Assembly: GCA_025981645.1 (NCBI GenBank) | Contig: JAICXH010000001.1 | Coordinates: forward strand, 14,747 to 78,746 | Reading direction: 5' to 3' | Origin: Burkholderiales bacterium | GTDB taxonomy: Bacteria; Pseudomonadota; Gammaproteobacteria; Burkholderiales; Casimicrobiaceae | DNA: 64,000 nucleotides | In this document: positions 55,251-64,000 of the stretch, piece after piece | Numbering within the stretch: the first letter of the stretch is position 1 | Layout of the letters: the number at the start of each line of letters is the position of its first letter | The notes under the pieces: model-generated | The model's database searches: none | Told to the model about the DNA's origin: nothing | Seen by the model: only the letters and a program-made list of their open reading frames with translations | Position numbers and translations under genes: made by a program

Positions 55251-56576
55251 TCAGTGCCGGAAGAACGCGGTCGGCAGCCAGGTCGCGAGCTGTGGGAAGG
55301 CCGACAGCACGACGACGAAGAGCAGGATGATGACGATGAATGGCAGCACGCCGAGCACCAGCTCCTTCAGGCGGATATCCGGCGCGATGCCCTGGATCAC
55401 GAACAGGTTGAGCCCGACCGGCGGGTGGATGAGCCCGGTTTCCATCAGGATCGTCATGTTGACGCCGAACCAGATTGGATCGAAGCCGTGCGCGAGCAGC
55501 CCCGGCATGATCACCGGAGTCACCATCAGGATGATCGCGACCGGTGGCAGGAAGAAGCCCAGCAGGACGACGAGGAGGTCCATCCAGAACAGGTATTCCC
55601 ATTTCGACATGTGCAGCGTGACCAGCCACTGCGTCATGTCCTGCGTGATGTGCAGGTAGCTCATCACGTAGGTGAACAGGAACGACATCGCGATGATCAT
55701 CATCAGCATGCACGACTCGCCGGCGGTGCCGAGGACGATCGGCTTCACGTCGGACCAGCGCCAGCAGCGGTAGACGATTACGACCATGACGATCGTCGCG
55801 AAGGCGCCGACGCCGGCGACCTCCGACGGCGTCGCGAAGCCGCCGTAGAGCGTGATCATCACCACGGTGATAATGACGAGGAACGGCAGGAGCCGCGGCA
55901 GCGACTCCATCCGCTCGGCGAGCGTGAAGTGCTCGCGTGCGATCGCTCCGGCGTCGCCTCGGCGCGAGCGGTTGTCTCGGTGCGCCTTGTAGCCGACCCA
56001 GACGGCAAACAGCAGCGCAAGCAGGATTCCGGGGACGATGCCCGCGATGAAGAGGCGCCCGATCGACTGCTCGACGACAATTCCGTAGAGGATGAAGGTG
56101 ATCGACGGCGGGATCAGGATGCCGAGCGTTCCGCCCGCGGCGACGAGCCCGCCGGCAAGCCCGCCCGAGTACCCGCGCTTTCGCATCTCCGGGATGCCCA
56201 TCGCACCGATCGCCGCTGCGGTCGCCGTGCTCGAGCCGCACATCGCGGCGAAGATCGAGCACCCGATGACATTGGCGATGCCGAGCCCGCCCGGCAGCCG
56301 GTACAGCCAGCGGTACGCCGACTCGTAGAGGTCGGCGGCGGCTCGCGTCTTGCCGATCGCGTCGCCCATCAGCAGGAACAGCGGGATCGCGAGCAGCGTG
56401 AAATCGCTCATCCCGTGGTAGAGCATCTCGGCGAGATCGCTGATGTTCGCTGCCGGCATGAAGCCGATCATGAAGGTCACCGACACGACGCCGAGGGCGA
56501 ACGCGACCGGCATGCCCGACAGGAGCAGCACCAGCGCGACTCCGACGAAGAGCAGCGCAAGCACGTGCGGCGTCAT
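55251..56576 (-). CDS. dctM: TRAP transporter large permease
   Basis: LLAIPLF, CGSSTATA, GILIPPSI, HPPVGLNLF. Confidence 0.93.
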   Translation of the reverse strand: MTPHVLALLFVGVALVLLLSGMPVAFALGVVSVTFMIGFMPAANISDLAEMLYHGMSDFTLLAIPLFLLMGDAIGKTRAAADLYESAYRWLYRLPGGLGIANVIGCSIFAAMCGSSTATAAAIGAMGIPEMRKRGYSGGLAGGLVAAGGTLGILIPPSITFILYGIVVEQSIGRLFIAGIVPGILLALLFAVWVGYKAHRDNRSRRGDAGAIAREHFTLAERMESLPRLLPFLVIITVVMITLYGGFATPSEVAGVGAFATIVMVVIVYRCWRWSDVKPIVLGTAGESCMLMMIIAMSFLFTYVMSYLHITQDMTQWLVTLHMSKWEYLFWMDLLVVLLGFFLPPVAIILMVTPVIMPGLLAHGFDPIWFGVNMTILMETGLIHPPVGLNLFVIQGIAPDIRLKELVLGVLPFIVIILLFVVVLSAFPQLATWLPTAFFRH

Positions 56577-57094
56577 CGTGCGTGTTCCCCGCGACCCAGA
56601 TCACCGCGCCCGATCGCCTCGACGACCTGCACCACATACTCGGCGGTGATCAGCGTCAGACCGGCGCCCATCAGCGAGTAGGGGATCCACAGGTGCGGTG
56701 CCCACACCGAATCGGTCGTCCAGCCCTCGCTCCAGGCCTGCCACGCGTACTGCCATACCTTGACGCCGATGAACGCGCAGAGAACGAGCGACAGGATGTC
56801 GCCGGTCAGGATGCGCAGCCGGTTCCAGCGCGGTGACATCACCGACTCGAGCACCTCGGTGCCGACATGACCGCGGTGCGTCTGCGTGAAGCCCGCTGCG
56901 AGGAAGGTCGCCGCGACGAGCAGGAAGATGTTGAACTCGAGCGACCAGGTGTGCGGCGCTTTAAGGTAGTAGCGCGACATCACCTCGTAGGTGATCGCCA
57001 CGCACGAAACAACGATCAGCAGCCCGCCGACGAGGCCGAAGAACGCGTTCGCGCGCCTGACGAGGCGCGCGAACACCCTCCACGCAGCGTGCAA
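56573..57094 (-). CDS. dctQ: TRAP transporter small permease
   Basis: YEVMSRY, WSLEF, GHV, four TM segments. Confidence 0.88.
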   Translation of the reverse strand: MHAAWRVFARLVRRANAFFGLVGGLLIVVSCVAITYEVMSRYYLKAPHTWSLEFNIFLLVAATFLAAGFTQTHRGHVGTEVLESVMSPRWNRLRILTGDILSLVLCAFIGVKVWQYAWQAWSEGWTTDSVWAPHLWIPYSLMGAGLTLITAEYVVQVVEAIGRGDLGRGEHAR

Positions 57095-57104
57095 GACGAC
57101 CGGC

Positions 57105-58121
57105 CTACTTCACCGCGTTGGCCATTTCGATCAGGTGCGCGCCGTCCTTCATCGAGTCGGCAAAGCTCTTCCAGGCGCTCTTCTCGGCCAGCGACTTCCA
57201 CTGGTCGAACTGCTGCTCGTTCATGTCGTAGACCTTGTCGCCGGCCTTCGTGAACACCTCGGCGACCTTCTGGTCGTCGGCCTTGCAGGCTTCGAGCGCA
57301 TAGCTCTGCAGAGAATGCCCGACGTCCTTGAAGATCTTCTGCTGGTCCGGAGTGAGCTTGTCCCACGTCGCCTTGGACATCAGCAGCGGTTCGAACATGT
57401 ACCAGAACGTATGGTCGCGCGCGGTCGTGACGTTCTTCGCGACCTCAGGCAGGCGGAAGCTCATCAGCGACGCGCTCGACGTCCACAGCGCATCGACAAC
57501 GCCCGATTGCATCGCGTTGTAGGTCTCACTCGACGGGAAGGTCGCGATCGACGCGCCGGCGGCCTGCAGCATCAACTCGATCTCCTTACCTGCCCCGCGC
57601 ACCTTGAGGCCCTTCACATCGGCGGGAACGAGGATCACCTTGTCGCGCGACGCGACTCCGCCAGCCTGCCAGATCCAGGTGATGATCTTCACGCCGTGCT
57701 CGTCGAGGTATTTCTCGAGCCAGTCGCCGATCGGCGAGCCTTCCCAGTCGTAGGCCTGCTTGTAGTTCCTGATCAGCGCCGGCATCAGTGTCAGGTTGGC
57801 GCCGGGCACCTTGCCGCCGGAATAGGCAAGCGGGTAGACCGACATGTCGAGCGCACCGCTCGCCATCGCGTCGAACTGCTGCGTCGGCTTGTACAGCGAC
57901 GCACCCGGATAGATCTGGAACGTGATTGCGCCGTGGGTGCGCGCCTCGACCTCTTTCGCGAACTTCTGCGCGACCTGGTCGCGGAAATCGGTGTTGGCCG
58001 GAAACTGGTGCGAAATCTTCAGCACCATCGGCGCAGCGAACGCCACCGACCCGAGCAGCCAGCCCGCCGCCGGCACGAGCACGAACGCGCACAACCTCCT
58101 CAACATCGTCGACATCGTCAT
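57105..58121 (-). CDS. dctP: TRAP transporter substrate-binding protein
   Basis: LKISHQFP, IYPGASL, DVKGLKVRG, AMQSGVVDA. Confidence 0.9.
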   Translation of the reverse strand: MTMSTMLRRLCAFVLVPAAGWLLGSVAFAAPMVLKISHQFPANTDFRDQVAQKFAKEVEARTHGAITFQIYPGASLYKPTQQFDAMASGALDMSVYPLAYSGGKVPGANLTLMPALIRNYKQAYDWEGSPIGDWLEKYLDEHGVKIITWIWQAGGVASRDKVILVPADVKGLKVRGAGKEIELMLQAAGASIATFPSSETYNAMQSGVVDALWTSSASLMSFRLPEVAKNVTTARDHTFWYMFEPLLMSKATWDKLTPDQQKIFKDVGHSLQSYALEACKADDQKVAEVFTKAGDKVYDMNEQQFDQWKSLAEKSAWKSFADSMKDGAHLIEMANAVK

Positions 58122-58141
58122 TCCTCCTTATGCACTGCCCA

Positions 58142-59446
58142 TCAAACCGTCTCCGGACCCTTGCGCAGCAGCCGCTTCACGTTGTTCGAGATAGCCAGCC
58201 TGCCGTCGCGCGAATACGCCTCGTGGTTGTCTTCGATTTCCGCGGGCTCATAGCGATAATTCACCATGATGCCGAGCGACTGCGCGAGCCCTCGCGGCGA
58301 CGTATCCGCCTGCCAGTTTACGCGATCGAGGCGTGCGCCGTTCGAAAAATGGAAGCGCGCCACCGGGTCGAGGGGCCGGCCGTTGCGCTTTTCGGTCACG
58401 AGGTAGCGCGCACAGAGAGCAGTGAGCGCCGCGCCCGTGGTCGCGTCGGCGGTCGCGTCCGCCGCGTCCGCCGGTGGGGCCGCCCCCGGGCGGCCTTCGA
58501 GCCAGCGGCGGAAGCCCGGTGCCGGCGAGAGCGTGACGAAGGTGGCGAGGCGCGGAAACTCGGCGACGAGGTCGGCGACGACGCGCTTGATCAGGAAGCC
58601 GCCAAACGGGACGCCGCGCAGCCCGGGTTGCGTGCTCGAGATCGAATAGAACACCGCGGTTGTCGCCTCGCGCGGATCGACGGCGGGCGCGGCTTCGTCG
58701 AGAAGCGGCCCGATTGCCGTCGCGATCTCGGGGGTGAGTGCGACCTCGACGAACACCAGCGGCTCCTGCGGCATCCGCGGATGGAAGAACGCGTAACAGC
58801 GCCGGTCGGATTCGAGCCGGTGGCGAAGATCGAGCCACGAGCGGATCTCGTGTACGGCCTCGTAGGCCATCAAGCGCTCGAGCAGCGCGGCCGGCGACTG
58901 CCAGGTGATGCGGCGCAGTTCCAGGTTGCCGAGGGCGAACCAGTCCTCGAACAGCGCGTAGAGGCCGTCGCTGACGACGCGCAGCGCATCGTCGCCCGAT
59001 CCGAGCCTGATCGCGTCGGCGCGCAGATCCACGAGGAACTTGACGCCCTCCGGCAGCAGGTTGAACTGCTTGAGGATGCGCATCGGTGCGCCCGCGAGTG
59101 CCGCGCGCAGGCGCCCTGCGGCAAGCTGCCGCCCGACACCCGTGGCTTCGAGCCAGGTGCGCGCCAGCGGCGCGCTCGCGCGGACGTCGCCGTCGCGCCC
59201 TTCCTCGGCGACCGATTCGAGGAAGGCGCTCCTTCCGGCATCGTCGAGCGCCCGATAGGCGGTGGCGAGTTCGGCGACACGGTTGCGCGCCGAGGCCTCT
59301 CCGCCGGCGCCCGCGGCACAATCGGCGAGCCGCCTTCGCAGCCACGCGCGGTCCAGCGGGTGGCGTGCCCCGGCGCCGGCCGGACGCGCTCGCCGGCCGA
59401 GCCACGCGAACGGGCGCGAACGTTGGCCGGTGCCGTCGCCGCGCAT
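58142..59446 (-). CDS. malonyl-CoA decarboxylase
   Basis: YEAVHEI.SW.DL, EPLVFVEVAL, FYSIS, TLSP.PGF, DPVARFH..NGA, MVNYRY. Confidence 0.93.
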   Translation of the reverse strand: MRGDGTGQRSRPFAWLGRRARPAGAGARHPLDRAWLRRRLADCAAGAGGEASARNRVAELATAYRALDDAGRSAFLESVAEEGRDGDVRASAPLARTWLEATGVGRQLAAGRLRAALAGAPMRILKQFNLLPEGVKFLVDLRADAIRLGSGDDALRVVSDGLYALFEDWFALGNLELRRITWQSPAALLERLMAYEAVHEIRSWLDLRHRLESDRRCYAFFHPRMPQEPLVFVEVALTPEIATAIGPLLDEAAPAVDPREATTAVFYSISSTQPGLRGVPFGGFLIKRVVADLVAEFPRLATFVTLSPAPGFRRWLEGRPGAAPPADAADATADATTGAALTALCARYLVTEKRNGRPLDPVARFHFSNGARLDRVNWQADTSPRGLAQSLGIMVNYRYEPAEIEDNHEAYSRDGRLAISNNVKRLLRKGPETV

Positions 59447-59454
59447 CGTCGTGC

Positions 59455-60498
59455 CTATTCGACCGCGAGGCGCGGCCGGTAGCGCCGCGCCAGTGACCTC
59501 ACCAATCCCGCCAGCGTCACCGTCCACGCGAGCAGCGCAATGACGAAGAACGTCGGCGGGATGAAGTCGAGGAAGTTGAAGTGCATTGCGTGGCGCATCT
59601 CGCGCGTCGACGCCGAATACATGCCGAGGGGAAACACAACCCCCCAGTACAGCGGGTCGTAGGCGAGCGGGAAGCGCTTGTAGACGTGACGCCAGATGCC
59701 GAGCAGTACCAGCATCGGGATCCACCACGTGCCCGTCGCCCAGTAGAGGATTGTAAATCCCTTGAGGAACGGCAAGAGTGACGTGAGATACGGCGCGTCG
59801 GACGCGTTGATGATGAGCAGCGACCCCGCCAGGGTCGAAATGGCCATCGCGCCCATGTTGATCCAGTAGGGCGGTGCGAGGTCGCCCGGAAAGAAGCGGA
59901 AGAACGCGTAGCGATAGAAGATCAGCGACATCAGCCAGATGTAGAGCATCCCGCCCCACAGCCACATCGACAGCGCGAAGAAGTTGAGTGTCTGCTTGTA
60001 GGGCTGACCGAAACGCGCGGCGAGCAGCGCCGCGAGCACCGCGATCGACTGCGTCGCGACGACGGCGAGGAGCCAGCCGCCGCTGATGCCCTGGTCGAGC
60101 GTCGGCTTGTGTTCCTTGATGGTGAGCGCGGTGAAGATCGTGTAGGTGAAGACGATCCACAGGATCACGGTGACGACGAGAAATCCTGCGGCGGTGCGGT
60201 CGTCTCGGGCGAGGAGCAGGAACTGGCTGCCGACGAGGCTCGTGCCCGCGACCATCGTGAAGAAGCCCTGTCCATGCAGGTGATCGACGACATCGTCGTA
60301 GACGCGCGACTTGAAGCGCAGGAAGCGCAGCACGAACAGGATCCAGAGCGCGGCGTAGAAGACGATGTTGACGTAGAAGAGGCCTTGGGCGAGGTCGTGC
60401 CAGCCCTCGAGGTCGGCGGCGAGCGATACGATGCCCGTCGCCATGACGAGGCCGAAATAGGCTGGGGTGAGGTGCGCAAGATCGTGCGCGGCACGCAT
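59455..60498 (-). CDS. TDT/SLAC1 family (tellurite resistance / C4-dicarboxylate) transporter
   Basis: PAYFGLVMATGIVS, PPYWINMGAMAI, YWGVVFPLGMY. The start could extend to GTG 60555. Confidence 0.9.
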   Translation of the reverse strand: MRAAHDLAHLTPAYFGLVMATGIVSLAADLEGWHDLAQGLFYVNIVFYAALWILFVLRFLRFKSRVYDDVVDHLHGQGFFTMVAGTSLVGSQFLLLARDDRTAAGFLVVTVILWIVFTYTIFTALTIKEHKPTLDQGISGGWLLAVVATQSIAVLAALLAARFGQPYKQTLNFFALSMWLWGGMLYIWLMSLIFYRYAFFRFFPGDLAPPYWINMGAMAISTLAGSLLIINASDAPYLTSLLPFLKGFTILYWATGTWWIPMLVLLGIWRHVYKRFPLAYDPLYWGVVFPLGMYSASTREMRHAMHFNFLDFIPPTFFVIALLAWTVTLAGLVRSLARRYRPRLAVE

Positions 60499-60590
60499 GC
60501 CGCGGGTGTCCTGGCGGCCGTGCGCGATGCGCTCAGCGGGATTCGCGTGAGCCACGGGTGTACGCGGGTGAACCGTGGCGACTGCCGGAT

Positions 60591-61055
60591 TCAGGGACGA
60601 GGAACATGCTCGAACGTCTCCATGACGATGCGTCGGTCCTCGTCGCCGACGATGCGTCCGATGACCGCCGTCGCGTCGCCGTACGCCGAGCGGTGCAGTG
60701 CCGTGTCGCCGGCCGCATGTGCGGCGTGCGCGAGGATCGCGTGCGCGAAGGCGAGTTCCCAGTCGGGCGTGTCGCCGCGGCCGGTGAAGTAGGTGTGCAT
60801 CGGCTGCGCGAACGCGAGTGCGGTGGGGCCGTGACCGAGGAGGGCGTGCACCTCGGCGAGCAGCATCGTCGCCCGCATCCGGTGCTGCTCGGTCCCGACC
60901 TTCGTCCAGTGCCACGCCGAGGTGTGCGCGGCGTGGAGCATCTCGCGATCCTCGTCCGTTGTGCGCTCGCGCACACTGAGTTCCCACGCGCGGTTGTTGC
61001 ACGTCCTGGCGAATTCGAGGTGCGACGGCTTCGCGGATTCGGCGGCTTCGGTCAC
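60591..61055 (-). CDS. hypothetical helical (TPR-like) protein
   Basis: GTGA overlap with the cupin stop and SD GGAGG. Motif NNRAW...RT..ED.EMLHAAH.S.WHW..VG. Confidence 0.75.
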   Translation of the reverse strand: MTEAAESAKPSHLEFARTCNNRAWELSVRERTTDEDREMLHAAHTSAWHWTKVGTEQHRMRATMLLAEVHALLGHGPTALAFAQPMHTYFTGRGDTPDWELAFAHAILAHAAHAAGDTALHRSAYGDATAVIGRIVGDEDRRIVMETFEHVPRP

Positions 61056-61471
61056 GGCGCTCCTCCGGTGGTCGAGGTGAGCGGATCGTAGCGCTGCACC
61101 TTGTCCAGCTCTTCGGGATCGTTGCGCGCGACGATCGCCCGTGCCGGGGCAGTCGCACTGAGGTTGATCGCCTCGTGCGGGACACCCGGCGGCACGAACA
61201 GAAACTCGCCGGCGTGGCTCACCACCTCGTGCTCGAGGCGGGCACCCCATCGCGTGAGCACGTCGCCCTCCAGCACGTAGATGCCCGTCTCGTACCCGAC
61301 GTGAATGTGCGGCTCCGCCCGCCCTCCCGGGGGGATCACAACGACGTGCATCGAGAGTCCCGTCGCGTCGACCGTACGACCCGAGATGCCGACGAAGTAG
61401 GGCAGGCGCTGCGTGGTCATCACCTCGCGATCGGGCCGGATGCCCCGGATGATCGGCGCACGTTCGGTCAT
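61052..61471 (-). CDS. cupin domain protein (RmlC-like)
   Basis: PHIHVGYETGIY and GEFLFVPPGVPH metal-binding motifs. Confidence 0.88.
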   Translation of the reverse strand: MTERAPIIRGIRPDREVMTTQRLPYFVGISGRTVDATGLSMHVVVIPPGGRAEPHIHVGYETGIYVLEGDVLTRWGARLEHEVVSHAGEFLFVPPGVPHEAINLSATAPARAIVARNDPEELDKVQRYDPLTSTTGGAP

Positions 61472-61950
61472 GGCGTCGACGCAAGCATCGCGCGCCTGCG
61501 TGCAAGGCTCGCCTGCGGCCAATAGTCGTTGCGATCGTAGTACGCGGGGACCGCCGGTGTTCCCGCGGGGAGCACGACCCATGGTTGCTTCGACGACGTG
61601 AAGATGTGGATGTCGGGCGGCAGCAGGTCGGGGTCGTCCAGCGTGCCGACGCGAACGAATTTGACGCGAGATCCCGCGCCCGCATAATGGCTCCACAGCG
61701 CGACCCTGCATGTCGGGCAGCGCGCGATGATCTGCCCCGCTCCGCTTGCCGACGGCGTGTCGACGAGCTCAGGCGCCTTCCCGAGGTCGGTGACACGATC
61801 GGATTCGATCATCGCATTGAGCGCGAATGCGGAGCCTGACTCGCGCTGGCACCACCGGCAGTGGCAGCAATGCACGAACAGCGGCGCGCTTTCGATCCGG
61901 TAGCGCACGGCCCGGCAGTCGCAACCACCATCGATCGGGAAATCAGCCAT
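61468..61950 (-). CDS. GFA family (glutathione-dependent formaldehyde-activating-like) protein
   Basis: GGCDC, HCCHCRWCQRESG, RCPTC, GTLDDP, HIF..SK.PW. Confidence 0.9.
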   Translation of the reverse strand: MADFPIDGGCDCRAVRYRIESAPLFVHCCHCRWCQRESGSAFALNAMIESDRVTDLGKAPELVDTPSASGAGQIIARCPTCRVALWSHYAGAGSRVKFVRVGTLDDPDLLPPDIHIFTSSKQPWVVLPAGTPAVPAYYDRNDYWPQASLARRRAMLASTP

Positions 61951-62428
61951 CGAGCTCGACCTCGCCTTCGATCTCGACCGGAATGCGGAACGGCAGCTCG
62001 GCCATGCCGACGGCACTTCGCGCATGGGCGCCGCGCTCGCGTCCGAATACGTCGAGGATCAGGTCCGTGCAGCCGTTGATCACCGCCGGTTGGCGATTGA
62101 ATCCGGGCGCCGAGTTGACCATGCCGAAGATGCGCACCCAGCGCGCAATGCGCTCGAGCGAGCCGAGCTCCCGTCTCAGGCTGCCGAGGATCGCGAGGCC
62201 GGTGAGCCTCGCCGCACCGTACGCCTCGCTCTCGGAGACCTCGGCACCGACCTTGCCGAGCGGTTGCGCGAGATTGCCGTGGGCGTCGGTCGGTCCGTGT
62301 CCCGAGATGATGGCTCGTCGGCCAAGGACGCGTACCCACGGAAACGGAAGCGTGACGCCGGGTGGGAGCTTCAGCGGCTCGGGCAGCGCGTAGCCGAGCG
62401 AAGCGAGACGCTGTTCGGGTGTTGCCAT
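61943..62428 (-). CDS. RidA/YjgF family protein
   Basis: ISGHGP, VINGCTDL...FG..G.HARSAVG, PVEIE. Confidence 0.9.
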   Translation of the reverse strand: MATPEQRLASLGYALPEPLKLPPGVTLPFPWVRVLGRRAIISGHGPTDAHGNLAQPLGKVGAEVSESEAYGAARLTGLAILGSLRRELGSLERIARWVRIFGMVNSAPGFNRQPAVINGCTDLILDVFGRERGAHARSAVGMAELPFRIPVEIEGEVELDG

Positions 62429-62434
62429 GGCGCT

Positions 62435-62706
62435 TCAGGGCTCTCCGTCCCAGTAGTCGAGAATCTTGCCGCGCCGGTCGATCACCTCGAACGGCGTCGC
62501 GGAACTGCGGCTGCCTTCCGCGAGGAGCTTGCCGGAGTCCGGATATTCGCCGATCTCGGGCTGTTCCATTGTACTGATCGAACGGTAGTCGAGGGGTCGG
62601 TCCGTCGTGCTGACGATCTGGCGCGGATACTCGGGCCCGACGCGAGCACCACGAACGATGCGCCGAGCTTTCGTGCCCCGTGCGAGGCTGCGTTGTCGTG
62701 CGTCAT
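62435..62706 (-). pseudogene. cupin-family gene with internal deletion and frameshift
   Basis: The first frame, from ATG 62706, gives GARKLGASFVVLASG. A second frame, closed upstream by a stop, gives GPEYPRQIVST..RPLDYRSISTMEQPEIGEYPDSGK...LDYWDGEP*. The metal-binding core is missing. Confidence 0.65.
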
Positions 62707-63215
62707 CTCGTCATTCCCTTCCTTTGAACTTCGAGCGCCGGCGGATTCGCGAGCGTCTGGTAGACGACGCAGTATCGCTCGGTCAAACGCAGCAGGGTTT
62801 CGAGCTGCGCGTCGCTCGCATCGGTATCGAGTACGAAGCAAAGACGGATGCGCTCGAAGCCCACGGCCACATCCTTGGCGAGGCCGAGCGTGCCGCGGAA
62901 GTCGAGGTCGCCCTCCGCCTCGATGCGGGCGTCCGTGAGCTCGATGCCGAGCGCCGTGGCGACTGCGCCGAGCGTCACGCCCGCGCAGGCGACGAGCGCC
63001 TGCAGCAGCATGTCCCCCGAGCACGCGCCGTGTCCGCTCCCTCCGGTTCCGGGGTGCAGGCCCGCCTCGACGAGCGCCCGCGCCGTCTCGACGTTGCACG
63101 TCAACCCCTCGCCGACCCGCCCCTGCGCGCGCAGCGTGATCCGCGCTGAATCGGGCGCGTGCCGGTAGCGATCCTTGAGGGGCGCCTGCAGCGAGCGAAG
63201 GGTGTCTGCGTCCAT
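62703..63215 (-). CDS. OsmC family protein
   Basis: LQAPLKDRYR, ACSGDMLLQALVACAGVT, TERYCVV. Confidence 0.9.
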   Translation of the reverse strand: MDADTLRSLQAPLKDRYRHAPDSARITLRAQGRVGEGLTCNVETARALVEAGLHPGTGGSGHGACSGDMLLQALVACAGVTLGAVATALGIELTDARIEAEGDLDFRGTLGLAKDVAVGFERIRLCFVLDTDASDAQLETLLRLTERYCVVYQTLANPPALEVQRKGMTR

Positions 63216-63450
63216 GCGAAAGATCTCCGTGTGGTGCGTCGTGGGTCGAACCAGACTCCGGGCGGAATCTTCGATGCCATCTGCGTGCGGTGATCGAGCT
63301 TGCGGCCATTGACGACCGACATTCCGTCGCCGACGGCGTGGACCGTGCGCCACTCGCGTCGACCTTGCGTCACGGTACCGGTGTCAGCCCGAAGCTCGCG
63401 ACCTTGTCGGTATCCGCTCCCGAACTCCAGCGTTCGCATCGAGACTTTCG

Positions 63451-64000
63451 TTACGGTATCGTCTTCCGCTCGATCGATCGCGACGTTCCCACGGCGGTTG
63501 CCGGCTTCTTGCTTTGGGTGCCGGCCGTCGCGCCGTGGCCGTACGCCGCCCGCGCTGTCGCCGCGAGCTCGCGCAGCGCCGGCTCGAGCGGCGAGCGCCG
63601 CCGCCATACGAGCGCGATCGTTCGCTTGGGTGCAGGCCGCGCGAACGGCCGGATGGCGAGATCGGCGCGCTTCGTCTCGGTCGCGAGCGCGAGCTCGGGG
63701 AGCAGCGTGACGCCGGCGCCGCCGGCGACCATCTGCGCGAGGGTCGAGAGGCTCGTTGCGCGGAACTCGAGCTCGTGCGCCTTCGCGTCGGAACAAAACG
63801 CTAACGCCTGCTCGCGGAAGCAGTGACCGTCGTCGAGAAGGAGCACCGGCTCGCCCTTGAGCTCGGAGGGCTTCGCGGATGAGGCCTTCGCGCCGAGCGG
63901 ATGACCGACCGGAGTCGCGAGCACGAACGGGTCCGATCCGATGACCTCGCGCTCGACATCGCCGATGTTGGCCTCGAGGGCGACCAGCGCGGCGTCGAGC
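63451..64000 (-). CDS. oxyR: LysR family hydrogen peroxide sensor OxyR (5' end outside the window)
   Basis: LLLDDGHCFREQALAFC (both redox Cys), RATSLSTL.QMV..G.GVTLLP. Confidence 0.88.
   Translation of the reverse strand, partial: LDAALVALEANIGDVEREVIGSDPFVLATPVGHPLGAKASSAKPSELKGEPVLLLDDGHCFREQALAFCSDAKAHELEFRATSLSTLAQMVAGGAGVTLLPELALATETKRADLAIRPFARPAPKRTIALVWRRRSPLEPALRELAATARAAYGHGATAGTQSKKPATAVGTSRSIERKTIP

Noticed and set aside
1-64000. Prophage, IS elements, tRNA or rRNA genes
   Set aside because: No integrase, transposase, phage structural gene or structural RNA signature was seen.

Overview
High-GC, gene-dense bacterial chromosomal segment. The gene set (aceK, post-SET SET protein, short-chain ChrA pair, TRAP systems, PsiF, DUF6600-type protein) is most consistent with a Betaproteobacterium; this is an inference. 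I found about 66 CDSs and no rRNA, tRNA, CRISPR array, integrase or transposase. Family calls come from motifs read by eye, not from database searches. Main blocks: (1) a translationally coupled 8-gene satellite FAS-II operon (enoyl reductase, KAS III, FabA, FabZ, FabF-like, ACP, PlsC-type acyltransferase, PPTase; 2477-8511). (2) Housekeeping and stress genes. (3) A cluster of uncharacterised exported proteins with two paralogous Zn-ribbon/TM/Cys4-domain proteins around a FecR/DUF6600-type gene (25908-32358). (4) Peptide ABC and TRAP catabolic modules. (5) A protease run: Zn-ribbon-TM protein, rhomboid, protealysin, emfourin and a lipoprotein with two Trypco2-like repeats (47102-50296). (6) A PadR/oxyanion-binding-domain fusion regulator with a perfect operator-like palindrome heading an archaeal-type WtpABC tungstate transporter (51070-55203). 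(7) A malonyl-CoA decarboxylase/TRAP module and an oxyR-led damage-control gene run containing a cupin pseudogene. The best candidates for undescribed systems are blocks 1, 6, 5 and 3.
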